Shown one piece after another: positions 34,094-47,213 of a DNA stretch of 64,000 nt. Under the pieces are notes generated by a model. It searched no databases. It had not been told where the DNA came from and worked only from the letters and a program-made list of their open reading frames with translations. Numbering within the stretch: position 1 is the first letter of the stretch; each line of letters opens with the position of its first letter. Both the position numbers and the translations under genes were made by a program. The stretch spans positions 1,054,001-1,118,000 of the forward strand of contig CDRNST010000011.1 in NCBI GenBank assembly GCA_977016875.1, read 5' to 3'. The stretch is from Pavona decussata. Taxonomy: Eukaryota.

Positions 34094-35769
34094 TTTATTT
34101 CCCGTTCTTTTAGTTCGCCTCGTACACGGCTCGTGTTGACACACCCCATAAGTGGTTGCTTATTACATGATAAATGTTTTATATTCGGTTGAGCGGGTGA
34201 GTGAATTAGAATATAAATGTATTTATCATGGGTTACGTAACCTCATTTTTGGGTGTTTGTGACACTTTGTCACAATGCTTCATTAGCGGGGCGTCAGGTA
34301 TATATATGCTGAGGCCTCGATTTGTATTCATTCGAGTCATACGACCGTACTCAGTTCGCCCTCTAAATTAAATACCCAATGACTATATTTTATCAAGTGG
34401 TTTATTTTTCAAGTCTTGGCTTGTCATGTTTTGCTTTTGCATTATTCTAGCTTATGCTTTGATTGTTATATTAGTGCTACACAGTTGTAATTTTGTTTTC
34501 CTTATATTTTGCGCCATATTGTTTATGAATATACTGTTTGTAATTCAGTTGACATTGAAGACATAATAAAGAGGGTCGTACACAGCTCATGTTGACACAC
34601 CCCATAAGTGGTTGCTTATTACATGATAAATGTTTTATATTTGGTTGAGCGGGTGAGCGAATTAGAATATAAATCAATTTACTGTTATTGTGTAGTCCTA
34701 TTCCACTTTCTTGAATTACGCTGTTCACTTCTACATATCAGTATACAGTCGAAAATTGATTATCTGGACCCCAATTTTACGGACTTTCAGATTATCCTGA
34801 CTTTTTTCATGAATTTTGATTAGTAACAAAAATGATTTACAGAACCTGTACTGAAACTGTTTATTCTATACGTTTTCAAAGTGTAATTTCAGCTGGCTTG
34901 TGATTGATTGTATGTGTAGTTTCTTTTTTGTTATGCAACATTACATGCCTGACTAGTTATTTGGGCTTGGTACGCAAATACACATGCAACTTCATTAATA
35001 TTCATTTTTCCCATTATACAGACTCTAGATTATTTATTTACTCTGTTTTCACAGACCTTGAAGCAAGCAAAGAGGTATCAGCGGCTGTAGAATGATAGCT
35101 TAATGTCTTAAGGTTATTATTCTATTAGATATTGGAATAACTATCTGTATATGGGCTGTTGCTTTATGTGTAAGGTTGACAAAGCTAATTCCTGATGGCC
35201 TTGGGAGATTTATACTTATGACATTTAGTTTTAATTTTCAGAAAACCTACTAATAAGATAAATCAGCTGATAAAGTTGTTATGGGTTAACACCTAATGAC
35301 AGCCTTTCCATGTTTGAAGCTTACCTACTTTGCAAACCAAGGAGGGTAGCACTTTTTTTTTAGAGAAATCTTTCTGCAAGCTTGATTCTATTAATTTTAC
35401 ATTAATAACTTTTTCTTGATTTCTTGAGGAGGTCAGCGGTCAGCGATGGCAGTTGGACATCCTCTCCTTCGCTCTGCAATTTTTTCAATATTATTCCATC
35501 GTCTTGCATGCCAGGTTTTCCCAGAGACTGATACAAATACTGCACTTTGTCCATGACTTCATACAACCCATCTTCGGTTATCTTTTCCTGGAATAGGCCT
35601 CCCAAGCGATGAAATCTCATCTCTCACCAGCCGCCATCTTGGAATACAACCCACAAGCATCCTCGTGGTAAAAGGTATTTTTAATCTAGGCTGTGTTACT
35701 ACTCGAATACGGACGCTTGTTTTCAGTGAATAAGACTTATTACTAGTGGGGATATTTGCCTTAATCCAG

Positions 35770-38310
35770 GGCCTGACCATGGAACTACCAGAGGTTCTGG
35801 ATGCTCTGTGTGCCGAAGAATTTTAGCTTGTAACCATCCAGCTATAAATTGCGACCTCTGCGATCTCTGGTGTCACATTAAATGCAGGGGAGTCAAACCC
35901 AAAGAATACAAAAGCTGCAGTCGACCAATCATTTTTCTTGGACTTGTCCTGCATGTTTATGGTCTCTACAATCCTACCCTTCGCTAATATTAGTACCCTC
36001 GCTGCGGAATTTGCTCACGATACTCCTGGTGATGACATCAACTCAAGCTCGACCGAAGAGGAAAATTCTCCGCCAGCAAACGGTGGCAAACCGTTTGCTG
36101 GCGATTTTCTGCAGAAATATTCCAAAAAATGTAAGATTGCTCATATCAATGCTAACTCTATTGCTGGCTTTAAGTTCCATGAAATCAAGCTGTGGCTCCT
36201 TAATGGAACTTTTGATGTCCTTGTCATTACCGAGACTAAACTTGACCATACGTTTCAGGATGCTCAGTTTACTATTGATGGGTACAGATTCACCCGTCCT
36301 AATAGGACAGTCTATGGTGGAGGGGTCATAATATACTGGCGCTCTGACCTTATTTTCCACTACAGCAAATCGGCTGCTAGGTTGTCCAGTATTGAGGCCA
36401 TCTTGATAAAACTAAAAATCGATAATTCATGGCTTATGGTGTGTGCCGCCTATAAACCTCCTAGCATTCGTAGATTAATCTGGATGGAAGATCTGTATAA
36501 GCTTTTGGAATATGCATTGCCATCCTGTGATGATCTTCTAGTACTTGGTGACCTCAATTGTGATCTCCTCCTGCCTGAAAAAAAATGCCAGCGAGGGTAG
36601 GGATGTACTGGATTTATGTGAACTTTTCAACCTGGATTCCCTTGTTAAAGAACCCACTCGTGTTACTCCTACCTCCAAGACATTAATTGATGTGATCCTT
36701 ACCAACAACAAAGGTAGATTCCTGTCAACTGGTACCTTAGAGCCTCACATCAGTGATCATAGATTGATTTATACAATCATGAGAACCTCTCTTGCTCGTA
36801 AACGATCTAGGAAAATCATATGCAGAACTTATAAAGCATATGATAAAGAACGATTTGTGTCAGACCTGACTACTGTGCCTTTTCAAGTTGCATCAATCTT
36901 TGAGGCTTTCGATGACCAGGCCTTGGCATTCAGTGAACTCTTTCTGGACATTGCTAACGAACATGCCCCTATCAAGCAATTTCACATCCATGGTGCACAA
37001 GTTCCCTACATGACCTCAGAGTGGAGGCATGCTATCAGACAGAAACAGATCATGGAACAAATACAGGAACTTAAAAACAGAAGGAAGTTGGTTAGCTTAC
37101 AAGCAACAACAAAATGTGTGCACATCTTTGAGGAGAAAAGCCATAACTGGTTATTTTCGTCATAAAACAAACAATCTATCATCTAACCCAAAGAAATTTT
37201 GGAAGCTCTTTGGCCCACTTTTCAATTCCAAACAAAGGGGAACTAATGATATCACTCTTCTGGAACATGACGTGTTTATTACAGATAAACAACGCATAGC
37301 TTATATATTCAATCAGTTCTTCACCATGTTGCTGATAATATTTCTGAACCTGATCCATCTCTGTATGGCCCAGATTTCCTTACTCACCATAGTATCAGAA
37401 CTATTGCTAGACTCACGGACAGTAATCCTTCAGCAGACTTCAGTTTTAACAATTCTACTCCAGCTATTGTTATGGATATTGTTAAATCACTACCTGCTTC
37501 CAAAGCCATCGGTTATGATAATATCCCTACAAGGCTGGTCAAAGATGGCATCAGCATCTTAGCAAGACCTTTGTATACTCTCTTCAATTCTTCAATTGCC
37601 AGCAATTGCTTTCCAACAAGCTGGAAATTTGGTCAGGTGACACCAGTATTCAAGAAAGATACTGAATATCTCAAGGAAAATTACAGACCCATAACTGTTC
37701 TTGTCACTTTTAACAACATTATGGAGCACATTCTATCAGAACAGCTCTATAAATTTTTGGAGGATAAACTATCACCATATTTGTCTGCTTACCGTCGGAA
37801 TTAACAGCTGTCAGACTGTCCTGCTGCGTATTTTGGAGGAATTGACAATTGCCTGTGACAACAAGTCCATTGCTGCCATTGTGGGTATTGACCTAACAAA
37901 AACTTTTGATTGTCCTACACATGAACTGCCATTAGCCAAGCTTAAGTCTTATGGTTTGTCCAGTGATAGCTTATTATTATTAAGAAGCTATCTCACTGAA
38001 CGATTTCAGAGAGTCAAAATTGGGGATACGTTTTCTGACTGGACAAGGATTAATAAAGGTGTTCCACAAGGGTCTGTTCTTGGGCCACTACTATTTAACA
38101 TTTTTATAAACGACCTTATGTACATCTCACGCAGCTCCGAGATCAACGCTTATGCCGATCATACGCAACTCTTTACTAGTGGCCACGATCCTGTCACAAT
38201 TCACCATTCAATGCAGGCTGATCTTCAATCTGCCTCTGAGTGGTTTCAGTCTAATGGCATGAGTCTTAATGTCGACAAATGTCTCTCAATGTGGGTTGGA
38301 TCCAGCCCTG
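35770..38310 (+). mobile_element. CR1/L2-group LINE ORF2 (PHD finger, AP endonuclease, RT), frameshifted and 3'-truncated
   Basis: PHD-like CSVC...CDLCDLWCHIKC; EN motifs HINANS, ITETKL, YKPP, LGDLN, ISDH; RT motifs NYRPI, GVPQGSVLGPLLFNIFINDL, YADH (degenerate YADD). Multiple frameshifts. Confidence 0.9.
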
Positions 38311-39200
38311 GCAGGAACAAAGTCACACGTTTTTCTCCATTTTACTGATGGACCGTTTCATTTAAGAAGATAAAGGAGCTGTAAAGTTTGATTTGAACTA
38401 CTTTTTCCTGCGACATCGAAATGGTATGCAAATTTGTTGCACATGTTTCGTAGGCTAATTGACCGGAATAACTATATTATGTTAGAGAAGAATAGGAAAG
38501 AAATCTGGGATCAAAAAACATTGAATGGCTGTCTTCAGTCAGTCTGATTAGTTTTAGGGCCCAATATGTGATGTTTGAAAACATTCACGGGCTCCAGATG
38601 TCAAGTGTTTGTGAATCGGTTCTGATCTCATAATTCGAGACGTGAATTGCGAGCCGCAAGTATTGCACGCATTTTCGATCTTCCTTGAGTGGGAAAGAGT
38701 TTGAATCAGAGCTTGAAACTTGGAACGAATAAAGTTCTTTTCTTCGTCTTTCGAGATATGAGATTTAATTTAGAGAAAATTACATACCAGAAACACTTTT
38801 ATTTTAATGACAATAGGCATTAGTTTCGAGGCCATTTTGAGTAGCATACACAAATCTGCATGCTTTAGAAAGCAGCCAGCGAGTTTGGAATGTTTATCGT
38901 ATTAATTTTCTTGTGAGATGGTTGGTCTAGGTTTGTGTAAAGTTTCAAGTTCATTTGGTTATTTTACACCGTGAACGGGGCTTCCTCCTTTGACCTAAAT
39001 TTTTGCGGTTTTCATCGGCCCGTGACCACACCTAGGCCGCATTTCAAACTCTCGCAATTTTCTCAAAAAATAAAATGCCTTGGAACTTTAAAATATGATT
39101 TTCGGAAGAAGTTAATCCAAGGGTATCTTCAGGCGAAATATCAGAAATTTGACCAAGGGGTCCCTGAAAAGCAGTTCTCGATTCTTACAGGCAGCCGCTC
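38310..39200. mobile_element. Putative Sola3-like terminal fragment
   Basis: Non-coding block that truncates the LINE and ends ...GGCAGCCGCTC|TTAA (a GAG...CTC terminus with TTAA is characteristic of Sola3). The other end is absent. Confidence 0.4.
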
Positions 39201-39509
39201 TTAAACAGTCATGCAATATGCTCTATACATTTATTGTACCTAATATAAAATTAATTTACCAAAGCTTATCACTGGCATCTATACACTTCAACAGTAGTTT
39301 CTAATACCTTTTCAATAATTTTCTTCTCAGTTTTTCATGCAAACCAAGACACTTATGTACAATGTTTCACTTACAGTATTGTGCGTGTTGTTTAAATTTC
39401 TTCGATTTTAACTTTTATCAACCAGATTAATTTCTGTTTAACTTTGTGCAGATAGTCAAGTCCATAGTCCAAGGGTAAAATTAAACTGTTTTGAAAATCT
39501 TGAAACCAA

Positions 39510-41900
39510 AGAAAAATGGACAAACAACCTCATGGGCTTCCTGTGCAGATTTCGTAAGTAGAATGTGGCTTTCATGTAAGATGTAGAAGGAATGTTTCAC
39601 CGAGTAAAAGTCAGCGAAGAATGCAGAGACCTGCTACGCTTTCTTCGGTGGGAGAATCGTGACACTTCCAGCGAGCCAAAGGAAAATCAAATGACAGTGC
39701 ATTTGTTTGGAGCCGCGTCGTCTCCAGCCTGCTCAAACTTTGTTATGAAATCCACCGCTAACGACAACAAAAATGAAATGGGTTCCGAGGCAGCTGACTT
39801 CCTTCAAGAGAACTTCTACGTTGATGACGGTCTTAATTCGGTGCCATCGGTAAAAAGAAGCCATGAAACTTATTAAGGACGTAAAGGAGATGTGTAGGAG
39901 GGGAAGATTCAATCTACACAAAATTAACCTCCAACAGCAAAGAAGTCATCCACAGTATACCGATCAAAGTTAGAGCCGAGGACATCAAGAGAATGGAGTT
40001 GGATCCAATCAGATACCTTAACATTTACGATCTCATTAAAGGAACGACCATGTACAAGACGCGGAATTCTCTCAACAGTCAGCTCAATCCTCAACCCGTT
40101 AGGAGATGGCAAGACAATCCTACAGGAGCTCTGTCATCAAAACGTCGGTTGGGACGACCCATTGCCCTACAAAATTCAAACAAGGTGGATGAAGTGGAAA
40201 TCACAAATGACGGACTTAATAAACTTTGTAATTCCCAGGTGTTACAAGCCTCCCGGGTTCAGAAAGTTAAAAAAAGCTGAACTCCACCTCTTCTTGGATG
40301 TAAGCTTAAAGGAGGAAGACGAGAACGACAAGATCCACTGTTCTTTCATCATGGGCAAGGCAAAAGTCACGCCTTTGAAATGTGTCACTGTCCCTAGGCT
40401 TGAACTCACTGCAGCAGTTGTTTCGGGTTAATGTCAGTGAGCAGTCGAGAAGAGAATTGGACATCGGCATCACCGATGAAGTGTTCTGGATGACAGCAGA
40501 GTCATACTTGGCTACATCGCAAAGGATGTAAGGCGGTTTCATATCTTTGTAGCCAATCGGGCTCAAGAAATTCAAGAGAAATCGTCACCAAAACAGTGGA
40601 GGTAAGTGGACACCAACTCCAATCCAGCCCACGATGCTTCCAGTGGGCTATGCCAAACAGAGTTCAGTAAGCCAAAGTGGATAAAGGGACCGGAATTTTT
40701 CTGCAAAAAGGAAGCTGAGTGGCAGGTTCCCTTACCCGAAGCTGTAACAGACTTCAAACTCATAGACTATGATCTAGAGGTTAAAAAGGCTGTGTCTTTG
40801 GCAACAGAAGTCTCTCTATCATGGCCCAATCTAGTAGATCAATTGAAGTACTTCTCAGACTGGCATCATGCAAGAAAGGCCGTCGCCCTGTGTCGTTGTT
40901 ATATATGAAATCTGAAATTACCAGTGAAAAGGAAACATGTTGACCTAAAGGAGAAGACAAACAAGAAAGTCTTGAGGCCAAAGATATCATCGTTAAGTGT
41001 GCACTGAAAGATGGGCTACCTGACATCTCTTCAACGAGTTCCTATGGTAAGCTCTACACATTCGTAGACCCAAAGGGTGTTATCGGAGTTGGTGGAAGAC
41101 TGAAGCTATCCAGCCTACCTGACAGATCCAAACATCCTGCTATACTGCCAAGACATAGTCACATAACACTGCTTGTTGTAAGGCATTTTCATAACAAAGC
41201 AAAGCACCAGGGCAGAGGCATTACAGCAAATGAAATACGAGCCAGTGGATATTGGATTATGAGAGCTTCCACAGCAATTTCAGCGCAATATCAAACTGTG
41301 TCCAGTGTCCGAAGTTGCGAGGTGATGTGCAACAGCAGTGTATGGCTGAGTTGCCTGATGACTGAATGGAACCAGCCCCTCCATTCACCAAGTACGCTGT
41401 GGAAAACTTTGGCCCCATAACAATCAAGGAAGGTCGTAAAGCAATGAAGCATTACGGAGTGTTGTTCACATGTATGACGTCAAGAGCTGTACACATTGAA
41501 GTAGCTTAGACACTGCAGACCGACTCATTCATGAGTGCTCTTCGCCAGTTCATCTGTAGAAGAGGTCTAATCCATCAGTTACGAAGTGATGAAGGCATCA
41601 ACTACGTGGACGCTAGAAAAGAGCTGAAAGACGTGTTAGAAGAGCTTCACCACAGCAACATCAGAAAAGAGTTACAGCGCCACGATTGAGACTGGTTTGT
41701 ATTCAACATGAACGTCCCCTCAGCTAGTCACATGGGAGGGGTGTGGGAACGATAGATGCCTTCAGTGCACAACATGCTAACCCCTCTCCTTCAGAAGAAT
41801 GGCTCACAGTTGAATAGGGAATCTCTGGGAACCCTGATGTGTGAAGCTGAAGCTGAATAGTCCCCCCTTAAAGTCGACTCCCTGAATGACCCACTGTAAG
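39510..41900 (+). mobile_element. BEL/Pao LTR retrotransposon pol remnant, no LTRs
   Basis: MFHRVKV...RDLLRFLRW, MTVHLFGAASSP, NFYVDDGL (RT); ELHLFLD...VTVPRLELTAAV (Pao RNase H); RAVHIEV...LRSDEG.NY...SHMGGVWER (integrase). Many stops and frameshifts. Confidence 0.9.
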
Positions 41901-42946
41901 GAGCAGTCACCTCATTTGACTGATGAAATATTTGCATCGATTTTAAAACGTGTCGTCAATGGACGGAAGCGCCATGGCAGAGGAATTTTTGTTTGTTGAC
42001 AACATTTTCGTGACATACAAGTTTGACAGTCTCGTTATTTCACACGTGGAACACATCAATGGCATCATTAATCAAATAAACATTGACAAGTAAGAACTTT
42101 TATAGTGCAACTACTCAACCTGAGGCCAATTTTGCAAACTCCGCTGCGCAAACAGATTACATTTTACATGCCCTAAACATGCCGCATAAAACCATTTGAA
42201 GACAGACAGCACATGGAATTGAGTCTTTGCGCCAGTTTGCAATAAAAATTCTGGGGCATGCCTGTTACAATCACACTGCAAAAAGCACAATTACGTTTTC
42301 TTTTACACAGTTTGTTTTCAATGTAGAAAACAACAACAATTGTAAACATTCCAAAATCCGTCTTCTATATTTCTTATTAAGAGTTAAAGTTATAATGCAT
42401 GATAAGGAAGAACTCTTTCTGTAACAAACATTATTTAAAATGTGCACAAAAGAAAAATTACTTCTCTACAGAAAATCTCCCAAAAAATACTATAAGAAAA
42501 GGAGTGCAATCATTCAAAACAGTCGATTGTTTAAAAGCTCTAGCATAGCACAAGCAAGTATATTGTAAGCATTGTATATTCCTGGTCAAAATTTTACCCT
42601 CCGTCCATTTTTTATGCCTGGTCTGTAGTCTGCGTTTTACACTGACTGATTAGGTAATAAAATTTTAGAAACTGATAAAGGTTCTGACAGTAAAATCCGA
42701 ACTTTCAACCTATTTGATTGTTTTGTTTTGTTTTGTTTTGGAGCCTTTCAAAACACTTAATTTCCCGATTGTGATTGACTCGCTCTCGGCTCATGCGGGG
42801 CAATAGCTCAAGTTTCACAGGACACGTGCCTATTCGTGAGATCACATTGTTCATCAGTTAGTGTAGTACTGCTTCTTGTGCTAGTCGAGTTTAGTTATTT
42901 AGCTTACAGTTCTTTTACCGCGTTCGCTTATTCCTGGGTTACGATC

Positions 42947-43500
42947 ATGGCTTACAATCTCCGAGAACGTATCCCTCGCGACTATGCAGCAATGCATACC
43001 GGTCAGGCCGAGGACGAAGAGGAAGTTTTCCACGATAGCTTCCAGTATCAGCCTCCGCCTGGTGCGGTCGTATCTTCTTCTCCAGGTCAGGATCTTGCTA
43101 GTACTCCATCCTCCGGGCAACAAAATCTGACTCACTCATCATCGGACGACGTTGCGGCGCTCACCGCCGCCATCGAGCGTATGTGCACCGAGAACGAAGC
43201 GCTGGAACGGCAAACAGAGGTCTTGCGCTTGCAGGCAGAGCTTCACGCTTTACAACGCAGGAATGCTGAGCTCCAGAAACACACCCTGGTGCCACAGCGT
43301 AACAAGCCACCATCTACTCAGTTGCAACTCAACATCAAGGCTCTTCGTTCCGATCCCACCTTAGCAGCGTGAGTAGCAGAGGAACTGGAGCGTCTGGGGT
43401 TCTCTTCCAGCGACTCAGAGGACGATGACGAACAGCCCTCCCAGAACCGAGGTAAGAGGCTTCGACTGAAGTCTGGCAAAACCACTAAACTCACGAGCTC
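42947..43500 (+). pseudogene. Truncated gag-like ORF of a second DIRS/Ngaro-type element
   Basis: MAYNLRERIPRDY..., a coiled coil, LNIKALRSDP.L, then SSDSEDD...RGKRLRLKSGKTTKLTS (LKSG motif seen in DIRS-group gag); breaks off afterwards. Confidence 0.5.
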
Positions 43501-43889
43501 CCAAGAAGTTGTACCGATCAAACAAACTAACACGCTGATGTAAACAAACCAAACATTTTGACGAAAATCCGTGATGTTGTGAAGCATTTGATAAAACACA
43601 ATCAGGACTTGGAGGCAGAGCGACGATTTCAGAGTCATCATTGTCAAGAAGTCTTGAATCAGGAGACAAAGAAAATGCATGATTAACACAGGAAAGTCTG
43701 GAGTCTAGTGAAAGTCTAGAAATATTTGCAAAATGAGAGGCTGGAGTTGAAGGTCTAGAGTCTAGCGGTCGCGGAGTGAAAACTGTCCATCTATCTGGCA
43801 CCGAAGAGCCTGAGGAAGGATTACGAAGACGGGCAAGAGTCCAAAGATCAAGAATTCTCAGGAAAAGTACACAAAAAATGGGGAATACC

Positions 43890-44740
43890 AGATGGAAGGA
43901 CAAGAGTACTTTATTTCACCTTCGAGAAATTTTGCATTTTTTCTCGCTCCCTATCAAGCAGATCTACTGAGAAATATTAAAGATTTCTATGTGAATATCA
44001 AATGCACAAATAACACTGAATTCCCATATTTGCTAAACATGGTAGCTTTTCACGAAATTACCATGGCGTTCAACACAGTTGCAGCCACGCTACAGCCATT
44101 TCTGAAATAAATATTTAGCCACATGACTAAAACATATCTTTCATTCAAAAATGGGCAGCCTCTTAGGCAGATTATGGTCGATTTTGACCAAGCAGAATAC
44201 AATGACTTTGAAAGTTGCATCAGAGCGCAGCTCTGTGAGAAAATTTTGTGTGGATGCACTGAGCATTGGAAAATTTCTGTTAATCAGGTTAGTGATATTG
44301 TTACCAAAAGCAAAGAGGAACAGAGGATGTTTCGCCACATTGGACATGGTATTCAACACCTAAAGAATAAAACAGACAGCAAGGTGGCTTTCAATGTTCT
44401 TTGTGGTGTGAAGAATGTAGTAGAGGCGAAACATCTTTTATCACCTGATCTAGCTGCTACATCTAATCAAGAAACAAACGTCCATCAGTCTAAATCAGCA
44501 CACTGGGTGAAGTGGTGGTCGAGAGAGAATACTGAGAATGTTTTGTAAGGTCTAGACATTACATGATAACGAACAGTGCGATGCGACACCCAATACTAAC
44601 AATCCTTACTAATTGTCCTTAAATCGCCGACCAATTGGTGAAGGATGCAGTAACCTTGCAGTCCTAATGAAAAATATTTATAAGGAAGACAGGCTACATG
44701 CCGTCAAAATTGTCACCAACGAACAAAAATGTCAACATCA
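43890..44740 (+). pseudogene. MULE-like transposase remnant
   Basis: IMVDFDQAE...LCGCTEHW (D followed by the CxxH motif), HWVKWW, TPNTNNP..LNR. Contains stops. Confidence 0.55.
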
Positions 44741-44769
44741 ATTATTAACAACAACTTTGACCTCCAAAT

Positions 44770-45415
44770 CATGAAATCTTGTATTGATAGTTCGGGCCGC
44801 TATATAATTTGCAAATTTAAATCCAATGGAGAAATCATAACTTTAGTAAACATAGACGCTCCAAATAAAGATAATCCAACTTTTTCTTAAACTTTGTCTG
44901 ATCACCTCTTAGACTTTCAAGATAACGAGATAATACTGAGAGGGGACTTCAACCTTGTCCTAGATATAGAGAAGGATAAACAAGGTGGCCTTGCAAAAAC
45001 AAACCAGAACACTAAAAATACTGTCTGACATATGCAAAAATCTTGACCTTGTAGACACTTGGAGAATCTTAAATCCAGAAGCCAGAAAGTATATGTGGCA
45101 TCAATCACAACCTGAGAATCACTGTAGACTCGATTTCTTCCTAATGAGCCAAAGTCTTTTAGACATTCTCAGTTCAACAGATATCCTTCTGGGCTTTAAA
45201 ACAGACCATTCCTTAATTACATTAAATATCTCCTTACACTCAAACCCTAGGGGATGTCGGTTCTGAAAACTTAACACATCGACTTGATAAAGTGGACCGT
45301 CAGACAAACAAAACAAGAATACTAAAACAATGAAATTATGAGCCTTGCCTTACTTTGGGACATAATTAAACTTAAAGTCTGAGAAAAACCTCTTAGCTTT
45401 GCTGCGGCCAAAAAT
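44770..45415 (+). pseudogene. L1/Tx1 endonuclease fragment
   Basis: GRYII...LVNIDAPN, GDFNLVLD, LVDTWRILNP, RLDFFL, TDHS. Confidence 0.8.
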
Positions 45416-45439
45416 GTAACATTATACATAAAGAACTCG

Positions 45440-45807
45440 AACAGAGTACTCAGTCTTTCCCAGAAGATAATTACATATATCTGGAAAGGTGACCTCTGGA
45501 AATAGTAAGAGGTTCCTACTCCAGTTTGATTTCAATATGGACACTGGGTCTGGCAAAACGCCCTCGTCTGTGGCAAGTAATTCGGCCATGATGAGATTTT
45601 CATTTACACTTTCCCTTTCAGACACTGTCGTGAGCTTTATTGAATAAGCATTAAACACCAGCTCAACCAAATTGGCCTTTCTTTTACACTTTCCTTGCGA
45701 GGATGTTTGTATCCCTCTTTCTTCAAGGAAGGTTTGCAACCAAGGCAACTTTTGACGCTACAAATATTGTAGATTTCTCTCCCCTTCTTCTTCTGATGTG
45801 GTCATGT
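45440..45807 (-). pseudogene. N-terminal fragment of a SAP-like/SWIM/YqaJ-type transposon accessory ORF (ISL2EU- or Kolobok-associated)
   Basis: LQTFLEERGI...KRKANLVEL (SAP-like) ...LPDP...WS...FPEVTFPDICNYLL. Assignment is from recall of such proteins. Confidence 0.45.
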
Positions 45808-46215
45808 CCACGTTGACTATTACAATTTTCTGTTAATTCGAAGAAACTACGATTTTATGCTGAAAAGACGATAATAATCCAAGAAAGCAGTGTCAACTCG
45901 AAGATATGGACATCCAAACCTCGATTCGAATGAATTATGTTCCCTGAAGCCTTGCTTCCCTGTTGAATATATCAAAATCGGGCTATTTCACAAGGATTAA
46001 ATGAGGTTTGGTTCTGCATTAAATGGCCCACACGATGCACTGCTTTTTCACTATACTCAAATGCAATTCAGTGTGTGACCATAGCATGTGATCTGGGCAT
46101 GTGGGTTAGGTCAGCGGTAGTTGAAGGCGATGGATGTGTATTTTTCTGCTCTGTGACTTACGTTAAAAACTATGCGATTCTAAGAGGTTTTTTCAGCTTT
46201 ACATCTGCTGCAATT

Positions 46216-47094
46216 ATGAATGAAGACCTGGATAACATGGATTCAAATGAAAGAAGGCCTACGCGTAAAAGACAACGTGATAATGGCTCTCAAACTGACG
46301 AGGAATCTATCGTGGACAGCGGCCATTGTTGCGACGCCTCGATGAACATGCAGAGAATGGAGGCCAAAATTGATCAACTTTTGGCCTTACTGCCCGAATT
46401 TGAAGCTCTGAAAACCCGTTTAACAGAGGTAGAACTTGAAAACAAGGAGTTGAGAAATACGGTGGATTTTAATGGAAAAGAGCTAGCTGAATTGAAAGCT
46501 ACTGTGGCCTACACGTGCTCCCAGATAGCAGTAAACCGAGAGGATCAAAAGAAGCTGAAGGCTGAAGTCCATAAGCAAAAATACCAGAATATCAAATTGG
46601 AGGCATAGACACGTAGAGAGAATATAAAGATCTTCAACCTTCCGGAAATTAGAGGTGAGACACCCAGTCATACAGAAGAATTAGTAAGATCAATGTTTGA
46701 AGAAAAAATGAATATCTCGAAAGAAGATGTAGATGACATCCAATTTGAGCGTGTCCACCGTTTGCCGACTCGCAAAAACTCCCTTAATCCTGCGAAGCCT
46801 CGACCAATAATTGCTAAATTCAGCTTTTACCAAGACAAACAGTTCGTTTGGTCTTCAGTCAAAAATTTGAAAAATACTGGAATTGGACTTTCTAATGATT
46901 ATCCCAAAGAAATAGATCACATACATGGAAAGTTATACCCGGTTCTGAAAAATGCTAAGCGAGAGAAACAACAAGCCTTCTTCAAGGTTGACAAATTAAT
47001 AATAAACGGTCAAGTTTACAGAGGAAAGGAAACAGAAAATCTTTCCTGCTACGGTGAAATAATGAGCAGTGCTCACGCAGATGGAGAGCTGTAG
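46216..47094 (+). pseudogene. L1-type ORF1 (coiled coil, RRM, CTD) with one nonsense codon
   Basis: Coiled coil, LEA*TRRENIKIFNLPE (TAG at 46606-46608), FERVHRL, PRPIIAKF, NDYP, VDKLIINGQVY. Confidence 0.88.
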
Positions 47095-47213
47095 TGACTA
47101 AATGCGCGCCAGATGTTTGATTTCTGTATCTGTGTCTACTTTTTTTGTATTTTACTCAGTTCGTTTGATTAGTGTCGTACCAATCTCTGTTTTGTTAGTT
47201 GTACTTATTGTTA

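Larger units (their letters stand above)
32106..34674 (+). mobile_element. Ngaro/PAT-type tyrosine-recombinase retrotransposon with split direct repeats, lacking RT/RNase H
   Basis: Arrangement A1(32106-32259)-gag-YR-B1(34120-34218)-A2(34217-34370)-spacer-B2(34576-34674). A repeats are 154 bp and B repeats 99 bp, each with a few mismatches. No TSD beyond a shared AT. Confidence 0.9.
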
